A model generated the notes under the pieces. The model saw only the letters and a program-made list of their open reading frames with translations, made no database searches and was not told where the DNA came from. From Bdellovibrionota bacterium (GTDB taxonomy: Bacteria > Bdellovibrionota_C > UBA2361), in NCBI GenBank assembly GCA_044352465.1, contig JBILDU010000093.1, positions 1 through 11,400 on the forward strand: a stretch of DNA of 11,400 nt, in the 5' to 3' direction. Position 1 is the first letter of the stretch. The number at the start of each line of letters is the position of its first letter. Positions 1 through 6,809 of the stretch are shown here, in pieces. Made by a program: the position numbers and the translations under genes.

Positions 1-156
1 CCGCCGCTGTCCGGAGCTAATGCCGCTCGAGGTTTTCAGCGCTGCTAAGTTAGCGGAGTAACCAGGGGTTCAGGCGGAACTATTCCCACCGCTGTCGCGA
101 AAAAGGTGGGTGACGCGATATCGGCGCGTTCCTTGAAGAGGTCGCGGCGAGGCGGC

Positions 157-726
157 TTACTTGCCCGCCCGCCACAGATATTCAGGGGTGTTGCTCCGCT
201 TGGATTCGTAGCGCGCCATCGCGAACAGGAGGTCGCTCAATCGGTTAACGTACACGAGAAGGGTTTGCGAGACCGTCTCTCGGCGGCTCAAGCGCAAGAT
301 CGCTCTCTCGGTCCGACGACAGACGGTGCGAGCGATATGGAGCGCTGCATTCAACTCAGTCCCCCCTGGTAGAACGAATGAGCGGAGCTCTGGAACGTCA
401 GCGATGAGTTCATCGATCCATCCCTCGAGTTGTTTGACCTGAGGCTCAGAGACGACGATCATCCCGGGCCATCCCGCACCCGGAGGGGTGGCGAGCTCAG
501 AGCCAAGATCAAAGAGCGCTTGTTGGATCTCAGCGAGTTTGACGACAAGCTCCGAGGCTCCCCCTTTTCCCGCCAGCGTGCGGGCCCAGCCGATAAGCGC
601 GTTCAGCTCGTCCACTTCGCCGTAGGCCTCAACTCGAGGGGAGTCTTTCTGGACCCGCGCCCCACCAACGAGGCCGGTCTCTCCGGTATCACCGGTTCGG
701 GTGTATATTTTATTTATTTTGACCAT
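157..726 (-). CDS. pduO: ATP:cob(I)alamin / cob(I)yrinic acid a,c-diamide adenosyltransferase, PduO type
   Basis: Family signatures KIYTRTGDxGET, RVEAYGEVDELNA, QxxLFDLGSELATP, FVLPGG, LHIARTVCRRTER and YVNRLSDLLFAMAR. Start moved to ATG at 726 (MVKINKIYTRTGD), because the ORF-track extension to 831 lies upstream of the conserved N-terminus. Confidence 0.95.
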   Translation of the reverse strand: MVKINKIYTRTGDTGETGLVGGARVQKDSPRVEAYGEVDELNALIGWARTLAGKGGASELVVKLAEIQQALFDLGSELATPPGAGWPGMIVVSEPQVKQLEGWIDELIADVPELRSFVLPGGTELNAALHIARTVCRRTERAILRLSRRETVSQTLLVYVNRLSDLLFAMARYESKRSNTPEYLWRAGK

Positions 727-890
727 CGTGCCGGTCACCATACACCGCGCCGAGGAGAGTGCCAACATTTCGGGTGATGGAAGAACGTTTGTGTGTTTAA
801 AATAGGGGTCAGCCGTCTCGCTCCCGTGCAATCACGTGATTATCGTTGTTGTGGGAGGGCCAAGGCACGGTTGTTTTTATTGCGAAGCTT

Positions 891-1352
891 ATGAGTTGGT
901 CCGGTTGGATTATCCTTGGGTTGGCGTTGCTCGTGGGGGAGGTGACCCTTTCGGCGTCATTCTTCCTCCTGTTTTTTGGATTAGGCGCTGTGTGTGTGGG
1001 AGGTCTGGTAGCCCTCGGAATGCCGCTGCCGCTCTGGGGCCAGTGGGTTGCTTTCCCCGCCCTTTCGCTCGCGCTGCTCGCCCTTTTTCGGAGCAAACTC
1101 CGCTCGAAGATAGGCACGAGTGTGCGGGGTGCTGATTCCGATTCAATGGTTGGTCTGCGTGGAGTCGCTGTAGGAGCGGTGGCGCCGGGCGAGCGTGGGC
1201 GGGGTGAGTTTCGGGGAACAAGTTGGGAGATCCAAAACGTTGGTGTTAGCGGGATCGGTGCCGGGGAGGCGTGTGAGGTGAAGGCGGTGCGAGGGCTGCT
1301 ATTCGACGTAGCCCCATGCGAGGAGCCGGAGGGGGATGCGCCCCATTCTTGA
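891..1352 (+). CDS. Short NfeD-family (NfeD1b/YbbJ-like) membrane protein, partner of SPFH protein
   Basis: Hydrophobic N-terminus (WIILGLALLVGE..FFLLFFGLGA..QWVAF) followed by an OB-fold-like C-terminus (MVGLRGVAV..GRGEFRGTSW..GEACEVKAVRGLLFDV). Lies directly upstream of an SPFH gene, the classic arrangement. ATG at 891 preferred over 846. Confidence 0.9.
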   Translation: MSWSGWIILGLALLVGEVTLSASFFLLFFGLGAVCVGGLVALGMPLPLWGQWVAFPALSLALLALFRSKLRSKIGTSVRGADSDSMVGLRGVAVGAVAPGERGRGEFRGTSWEIQNVGVSGIGAGEACEVKAVRGLLFDVAPCEEPEGDAPHS

Positions 1353-1377
1353 AGCGACTTTGAGGTCTGGAGTCGCT
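1353..1377 (+). other. Intercistronic stem-loop immediately after the nfeD stop
   Basis: AGCGACT(1353-1359)/AGTCGCT(1371-1377) form a perfect 7-bp stem, extended by 2 G-U pairs, with a 7-nt loop. No U-tract follows, so an mRNA stability/processing hairpin is more likely than an intrinsic terminator. Confidence 0.35.
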
Positions 1378-1465
1378 AGAGGCTCGTGGGCTGCGGATTT
1401 GGATCCATGAAGACGGTTTAAGCAATTCGAACGTAAATTTCATTATTGGAATCAGGAGTAGGGAT

Positions 1466-2389
1466 ATGACGTCGGCTTTAGTAGTTTCATCGCTCATTGC
1501 GGTATTCATTATTTTCGTCGTTGCGAAGACCGCGATCGTCGTGCCCCAGCAGAGCGCCTATGTGGTAGAGCGGCTTGGCAAGTACAGTAAGACGCTTGGT
1601 GCGGGGTTCCACATACTCTTTCCCTTTATTGATGTGATTCGGTATCGCCACTCCTTAAAGGAAATGGCTCTCGATATACCCGAGCAGGTGTGTATCACCC
1701 GGGATAACGTGCAGGTTTCGGTCGACGGGGTGCTCTACCTCAAGGTCATGGACGCAGAGCGGGCGTCGTATGGGATCGACAATTACGTTTTTGCGATAAC
1801 CCAGCTCGCTCAGACGACGTTGCGGAGTGAGATCGGTAAGATCGAGCTTGATCGCACGTTTGAGGAGCGCACCCACATCAACACCCAAGTCGTCAGTGAG
1901 CTCGATAAAGCCTCCGAACCGTGGGGTGTCAAGGTCTTACGGTACGAGATTAAGAATATTACCCCACCGCACGACGTGATCGCGGCGATGGAGAAGCAGA
2001 TGCGCGCTGAGCGTGAAAAACGGGCGGTTATTTTGACATCGGAGGGGGAGCGTGACGCCGCGATCAATTCCGCTGAGGGTAAGAAGCAAGAGGTTATCAA
2101 AGCCTCCGAGGCGACGAAGCAGCAGCAGATGAACGAAGCCGAGGGTGAGGCCGCGGCGATCTTGGCGGTTGCCACGGCCACAGCCGAGGGTATTACGCGG
2201 GTAGCTCAGGCGATCTCAGCTCACGGTGGTCTTGAAGCTACCCAGCTCCGCGTCGCCGAGCAGTACATTACGCAGTTCGGTAATCTCGCCAAGTCGAATA
2301 ACACCATGATCATTCCGTCGAATCTTACGGATGTCGCCTCAATGGTTGCCGTGGCAACCTCGGTCATCCATCGAGACAATCGCTCGTAG
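1466..2389 (+). CDS. qmcA: SPFH/band 7 stomatin-like protein (QmcA/paraslipin, SLP-2 type)
   Basis: N-terminal TM; VPQQSAYVVERLGKY, ITRDNVQVSVDGVLY, QLAQTTLRSEIG, WGVKVLRYEIK, AMEKQMRAEREKRA; C-terminal Band_7_C-like LRVAEQYITQFGNLAK..TMIIP. AGGAG Shine-Dalgarno upstream of ATG. Confidence 0.95.
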   Translation: MTSALVVSSLIAVFIIFVVAKTAIVVPQQSAYVVERLGKYSKTLGAGFHILFPFIDVIRYRHSLKEMALDIPEQVCITRDNVQVSVDGVLYLKVMDAERASYGIDNYVFAITQLAQTTLRSEIGKIELDRTFEERTHINTQVVSELDKASEPWGVKVLRYEIKNITPPHDVIAAMEKQMRAEREKRAVILTSEGERDAAINSAEGKKQEVIKASEATKQQQMNEAEGEAAAILAVATATAEGITRVAQAISAHGGLEATQLRVAEQYITQFGNLAKSNNTMIIPSNLTDVASMVAVATSVIHRDNRS

Positions 2390-2397
2390 AGAGCCGA

Positions 2398-2421
2398 AGG
2401 GGTAGCTCAAGAACTATCCTT
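2398..2421. terminator. Possible weak hairpin between convergent genes
   Basis: AGGGGTAG-ctcaagaa-CTATCCTT gives an 8-bp stem with two G-U pairs in the 44-nt gap between convergent stops (2389 and 2434). No U-tract. Confidence 0.2.
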
Positions 2422-2433
2422 GAAGGAAGGGCG

Positions 2434-2730
2434 TTACCGCGAGGAGCCGCTCTCGCTATCGTTCAGAAGATTTTCAATGTCCGCGAGGTCGCGCTTCTCG
2501 GGGGAGAGGGGCCGTTGCGAGGGGAGTGGGCTAGCACCACCATGCAGCTCACCCGAGGGGGGAGCGCCGGAGGGCCGGGTTACAACACGCCGCCGGGCGG
2601 GCTCTCGGGGGGCCTCGAGCGTTGACTGGTCCAGTGGGGGTGAAGTCAGAAGGTGCACTCCAACGTATGGCCCTAAAAGGGCGAGACTGAATGCGACAAA
2701 TATGATGAGCGCGATGCTTCGGGAATTCAT
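2434..2730 (-). CDS. Hypothetical protein: N-terminal TM/signal anchor, Pro-rich linker, short C-terminal amphipathic helix
   Basis: MNSRSIALIIFVAFSLALLGPYVGVHLL hydrophobic segment. Its start overlaps the stop of the upstream ORF as ATGA (2730-2727), which indicates translational coupling. Confidence 0.7.
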   Translation of the reverse strand: MNSRSIALIIFVAFSLALLGPYVGVHLLTSPPLDQSTLEAPREPARRRVVTRPSGAPPSGELHGGASPLPSQRPLSPEKRDLADIENLLNDSESGSSR

Positions 2731-3038
2731 CGGGGCTTTGATGTGGAGACGTTTAGTCTCTCTTGGGCTTCGTTGAGGATGCTCTCAAGGTGGGTGTTAA
2801 TCAATGTCCGGATTTGCTCGCGCACCAACGAAGCTTCCTCGTTGACGAGCTCAGAGCTTTGGTCGGCCATGGCTTGGACCAATTCGTGGGTGTCGACTCG
2901 TCCCAAATCGACGCTGATTCCCACTTCCGGGGCGTAGCTCAGGGACAGCTTGTTGTGGCTCAGCAGCCAGACGATGGCCGAGTCGGAAAGGCGCGTGATT
3001 TTCTGGAACTCGGCTAGTGGAACGAAGGGGCGGCTCAT
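2727..3038 (-). CDS. Hypothetical 103-aa protein, putative N-terminal excisionase/MerR-like HTH plus helical C-terminus
   Basis: ATG at 3038 (MSRPFVPLAEFQKITRLSDSAIVWLLSHNKL). Natural-looking composition, amphipathic C-terminal helices, ATGA-coupled to the next gene. The HTH call is pattern-based only. Confidence 0.7.
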   Translation of the reverse strand: MSRPFVPLAEFQKITRLSDSAIVWLLSHNKLSLSYAPEVGISVDLGRVDTHELVQAMADQSSELVNEEASLVREQIRTLINTHLESILNEAQERLNVSTSKPR

Positions 3039-3127
3039 CGTATCTGTTTCAGGGATAAATACATTTTTCCGGCCTTGCCAGAGCGATTCCAGCGGTGCGG
3101 CCACACCGCTTCGTGGCACCACCCCGA

Positions 3128-4666
3128 TTATTTTTCCGGAGGACCCCCGTGCTTGATCTTCTTCAGCGGAGCGACCTCCGCAAATAGTCGCATGAGCTCA
3201 GGCTGATCGTCAATTAAATCAGCCGCGCGTTGCCAATCTCCTCCGCATGCTTCCAACGCAAGCTGCCGGGCCATTTCGTGAAACCGCTCGCTCTCAACCT
3301 CGAGGCGCCCCTCGCTCGCCAGTGCGGCGTGTTCCCCGACAGCGAGAGCCGCCTGGGCGATCACCTCCGGGCCGGTGATCACCGAACGGAGGAGGCGTGT
3401 GCGGAATACTTCGTGTACCGCGCGTTCGTCGATGATCGACCCATCGTTAATGTCGGTGACTTCACAGAGCTGCGCGACGACGTTTTCCAGTTGGCGGAGG
3501 TTCCCCGGCCACCGTTGGGCGAATAACATCCGGTATGCTCCGCTCGTCAGGCCGTGAACGGGGCGGGCGTGGGGGCGTTGCCGTGTGACCTTGGCGAGCC
3601 CAAAGGCGAGTGCTGCGGCGATATCGAGCCGACGCTCGTGCAGCGGCTTGAGCTCCAGCTGAACCCTTTCAAGCCGATACGCAAAGTCGTCACGTAAAAT
3701 GTCCGAGGCCATCATGTCGTAGAGGCTACGGTTCGAGGCAAAAACAAAGCGGACATCAGCTTCCACCGTGTCAGCACTGCCGACGCGGCGATAGACTTTG
3801 TTCTCGATGAACGTGATGAGTTTCCCCTGCAACTCTTTGTCAATGCTCTGAAGCTCGTCGATAAACAAGGTGCCTTTTTCGGCTTTCTTTACGAGGCCCC
3901 ACTTTTCAACTGCGCCGGTATAGGCACCGGCAACAGCCCCGAAGAGTTCGGCTTGAACGAGCTCAGAGGAGGAGAAGTCGCGTGGGGTGATGCTCACGAA
4001 CTGGCCGGAGCGTCCTGAGAATAGATGGAGTGCCTGGGCGAGATTGGTCTTGACGGTGCCGGTGGCACCGATGATGAGGGGATTCTCGTTTGTGTAGGTG
4101 GCGTAACGAGGGAGCCACCGGCACCAGAGGTCGCGGCTCATCGGATCAGCCATCGACTGAACCCATCCCGAGGTCCCGAGCGGTGGCAGCGGTCGCTTCC
4201 CCTCCGACCGTCGGGTTGCTTCGTGGTGCGCGGTTTGAACGACGCTCCAGAGCTGCTCACGGAGGTCGGGGAGCGAGGGCATACCTGCAGGCGGCGCGAC
4301 GACAAAAGTATCGAGGAATCCCGAGGGCGCCAAGTCATCTCCGTCGGTGAAGAGAAGATCGCCGCCAAACCAGAGCTTTTCACTCGCGTTCAGAACGCCG
4401 ACAATCGAGATATCGCTACCCAGCCGGTCGCGACTTTGCGCGAGCACACGCCTGAGGAAAGAGTGTTGCCGTTCATTGTAGTGCAGACCGATCTCGACGA
4501 GCAGAAGCTGGGGGCGATGGGTCAGCACCAGTTCCCATCCATCGCTGACGCGCCCGTGGACGACGGAGAGGGGGACTCCGGTTGCCGTGAGGATAGCTTC
4601 GAGTCTGCGGCTCGCATCGGGTGAACCGATGATCCCGACCGATAGTTGTGGTGGCGCGGTTCTCAT
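3128..4666 (-). CDS. Sigma54-interaction (bEBP) AAA+ protein with pseudo-receiver N-terminus and degenerate Fis-like HTH
   Basis: Walker A-like GATGTVKT (4069-4046), AELFG..GAYTGA (3928-3911), GTLFIDE, LQGKL, RRVG..DVRFVFASNR, YRL, LKPLHERRLDI, WPGNLRQLENVV, ALEACGGDWQRAA. GGAG RBS; ATGA overlap with upstream gene. Confidence 0.9.
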   Translation of the reverse strand: MRTAPPQLSVGIIGSPDASRRLEAILTATGVPLSVVHGRVSDGWELVLTHRPQLLLVEIGLHYNERQHSFLRRVLAQSRDRLGSDISIVGVLNASEKLWFGGDLLFTDGDDLAPSGFLDTFVVAPPAGMPSLPDLREQLWSVVQTAHHEATRRSEGKRPLPPLGTSGWVQSMADPMSRDLWCRWLPRYATYTNENPLIIGATGTVKTNLAQALHLFSGRSGQFVSITPRDFSSSELVQAELFGAVAGAYTGAVEKWGLVKKAEKGTLFIDELQSIDKELQGKLITFIENKVYRRVGSADTVEADVRFVFASNRSLYDMMASDILRDDFAYRLERVQLELKPLHERRLDIAAALAFGLAKVTRQRPHARPVHGLTSGAYRMLFAQRWPGNLRQLENVVAQLCEVTDINDGSIIDERAVHEVFRTRLLRSVITGPEVIAQAALAVGEHAALASEGRLEVESERFHEMARQLALEACGGDWQRAADLIDDQPELMRLFAEVAPLKKIKHGGPPEK

Positions 4667-5949
4667 GGTGACTCCGTCGTTCGGGAGGCGGAGAGCCCGA
4701 GCATCTGGCGAATCGCGGCGACATCACAGCCGAGGCGGGCGGCTGTGCGGCGATAGTTTCTCCCGGTCAATTCGAAAGTTGCTGCGATCGTGAGTGGATC
4801 AAGGGTAACCGTTGCGCCATTGGCGGCGTCTCCGCTATTCGAGAGTTCGTAGTGGAGCATGAATAATTCGTGCGGTGGGATGGTGTGGGTAAGGGAGTCG
4901 AAGGCGATGTTCATCGTCACGAGACGGAGTTGGCGCACGTTGCCGGGCCATTGGGCTGAAGCCATTTTGAGGGTTAGTTCGCTATCGAACGGCGCAATAC
5001 GCTTGCCGCTTAAGGTCTCCGCCTCGCGGACGAACCGTTGGACGAGCGCTCCGATGTCGCTCCGGCGTCCCTCAAGAGAGGGGAGGGAAATCATCTCCCC
5101 TTGGGTAGCGCGGGTGAATGCACCCGCAGTAAGGGCATCAGTGGTGCATGCTAGGATCGTGCCGCCATGGTGCGGATCGCGGGAGGTGCCCTCGGCGAGC
5201 GCTGCGGCGATCTCTCCGTCGTCGGCCTCGACATTATCAAGGATCACCAGGTGCCCGCGGCGCGGCCTGATCCCTCCGCGGGGATCCACCGTGATACCGG
5301 GAATCTTCGTTGGAGCGTGGGCAAACGTGGTGATGTCCACGTAGCTCCACGCGGTTGGATTTTCGCACACTCGGCAGGCACCGTACGCAAGGACGGTGCG
5401 GCCTGTTCCCGGTTGTCCATACAAAACGATCCCGGCGCTGTGTCGAGTGATCGCGTGATTGAGCTGTGCGAGGGCGTGTTGCATCGTCGGAGCGCCGGCC
5501 ACGAGCTCCTGGAGGCTCAGGGGGCGTGGGCGGACGGCTGGTTTGACGGCGTGTTGCTCGGCCAGCGCGCGTTCGATAATCGACGTGGCGGTCTGGAGCG
5601 ATTGGGGTGAATCGATCTCAAGGTAATCGAGCGCTCCACCCTTAAGGGCCTGAACGACGACGTGGATACTCGGTTCATCGGTGAGAAAAATGACCTGGGG
5701 ACGCTTCTCCGGGGGGAGCTCGTTGAGCAGGGTCAATACGTCGAGTCCCGTCGTGAAATCCCCCAAGAGGTAGTCGAGCACGACGAAGCGGGGGGCTCGA
5801 GCAGCTACAACTGCTCCAACGTTTTTGTCCACGCCCACGCGAGACGACGTTATATTGAGGTCGGCAAAGCGCAGTTCGAGTATCTCGGCGATCTTCGCCT
5901 TCGCCGGCTCGCGTTCGTTTAAAACGATACAGACATCGTGGCGCAGCAC
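4663..5949 (-). CDS. Degenerate NtrC/Fis-family response regulator (atypical REC, eroded sigma54-type AAA+, HTH)
   Basis: REC: VVLD59YLLG..GLDVL..VIFLT..GALDY. AAA remnants: IVLYGQPGTGRT, VILDNVE, ISLPSLEGRRSDI, WPGNVRQL. HTH: TGRNYRRTAARLG. GTG start at 5949 has no clear SD, so the exact start is uncertain. Confidence 0.85.
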   Translation of the reverse strand: MLRHDVCIVLNEREPAKAKIAEILELRFADLNITSSRVGVDKNVGAVVAARAPRFVVLDYLLGDFTTGLDVLTLLNELPPEKRPQVIFLTDEPSIHVVVQALKGGALDYLEIDSPQSLQTATSIIERALAEQHAVKPAVRPRPLSLQELVAGAPTMQHALAQLNHAITRHSAGIVLYGQPGTGRTVLAYGACRVCENPTAWSYVDITTFAHAPTKIPGITVDPRGGIRPRRGHLVILDNVEADDGEIAAALAEGTSRDPHHGGTILACTTDALTAGAFTRATQGEMISLPSLEGRRSDIGALVQRFVREAETLSGKRIAPFDSELTLKMASAQWPGNVRQLRLVTMNIAFDSLTHTIPPHELFMLHYELSNSGDAANGATVTLDPLTIAATFELTGRNYRRTAARLGCDVAAIRQMLGLSASRTTESP

Positions 5950-6058
5950 TAAAACTCAGAAAAAACTAAAAAATACCGCCCGATCACCGCATCCAATAAG
6001 ATGACAGCTCGGGGCCACAGGTTCCATCAAGTCGGTCCGGGGAGAGGCATGGGTTTCT
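5950..6058. promoter_or_regulatory. Divergent promoter region with A-tracts
   Basis: 109-bp gap between head-to-head genes; A4, A6 and A6 tracts at 5951-5954, 5960-5965 and 5968-5973 in an otherwise GC-rich window. No confident -35/-10 or -24/-12 assignment. Confidence 0.5.
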
Positions 6059-6658
6059 ATGAAGGATATCCTGATAGTCGAAGATGGTACGCCCGAGAGA
6101 GAGAGGCTGATGAAGCTTTTTTCTGCAGAGGGATATTCCGTCCACGGCTGTGAAAGTGTGAAGGAGGCGGAAGAGGCACTTCGCAACGAGCCGTATCGTC
6201 TGGCGATACTCGACATCGGTTTGAACGATAAGTCTGGTTCGGTCCTCTTTGGGGTGATTAAACGCACCGGGCGGGTTCCATTTGTGGTGATTTTCACCGG
6301 AAATCCGTCCGTCCATCTCAAGCAGCGATTTATGGAGGAGGGAGCTGTCGACTATGTCGTCAAAGGGTCGCCCCAAGCGCAAAGTGAGAATTTCTTGAAT
6401 CGGGTGCGGGAGATCCTAGGGGCAGTGCAAGCTGCGCCGGTCGAAGGAGCTCCGCTGGAAGAGTTTCTACTCCGTCATGTTACTCCGGCTTCGCGGAAAT
6501 TGTTTCTCGATAGCGATAATTCCCTCCCCGAGTGTGCGGTGTGTCGCGCCAAGAATTATGTCGTCACTTTTTTGCGGCGCCCGCAGGTGCCTCCGGAGCT
6601 GGTCGGGGAGGTCGTTTGCGCCGGGTGCGGTACGCCCATGGATCCGAAGATAAGTTAA
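6059..6658 (+). CDS. Response regulator: canonical receiver plus C-terminal CxxC-x24-CxxC putative zinc-ribbon
   Basis: ILIVED (E8,D9), AILD52IGL, VIFT80, DYVVK102 are all intact. CAVC (6533-6544) and CAGC (6617-6628) near the C-terminus. GGAGAGG upstream. Confidence 0.9.
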   Translation: MKDILIVEDGTPERERLMKLFSAEGYSVHGCESVKEAEEALRNEPYRLAILDIGLNDKSGSVLFGVIKRTGRVPFVVIFTGNPSVHLKQRFMEEGAVDYVVKGSPQAQSENFLNRVREILGAVQAAPVEGAPLEEFLLRHVTPASRKLFLDSDNSLPECAVCRAKNYVVTFLRRPQVPPELVGEVVCAGCGTPMDPKIS

Positions 6659-6809
6659 CTGCGCCGGCTATGTGCTTCGTGAGCAAGGTGGTAACGCGGG
6701 GGGAGATCAACGGCGTTCGCCGAACCCCTCAGGTGTATCACCATCAGTGTGTGGGGAATCACGGCTTTCTTCCAGCGGTGATACTCCTGTCTCGGCTGCC
6801 GGAGCGCGT

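Noticed and set aside
2..61. Possible 3' end of a plus-strand CDS (..RRCPELMPLEVFSAAKLAE*)
   Set aside because: Only 19 codons visible with no recognisable motif; cannot be supported from this window.
749..765. Sigma54-like promoter upstream of pduO on minus strand (TTGGCAC-TCTCC-TCGGC)
   Set aside because: The -24 box is perfect, but at the required GG-N10 spacing the -12 dinucleotide is GG rather than GC, and the leader would be very short.
2344..2359. Perfect inverted repeat GGTTGCC-gt-GGCAACC
   Set aside because: Inside the qmcA coding sequence (VAVAT codons) with a 2-nt loop; explained by coding.
5107..5124. GAFTRA in the 428-aa protein resembling GAFTGA
   Set aside because: It lies after Walker B and sensor I, at the R-finger position, not in loop 1 between Walker A and B. 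Most likely coincidental.
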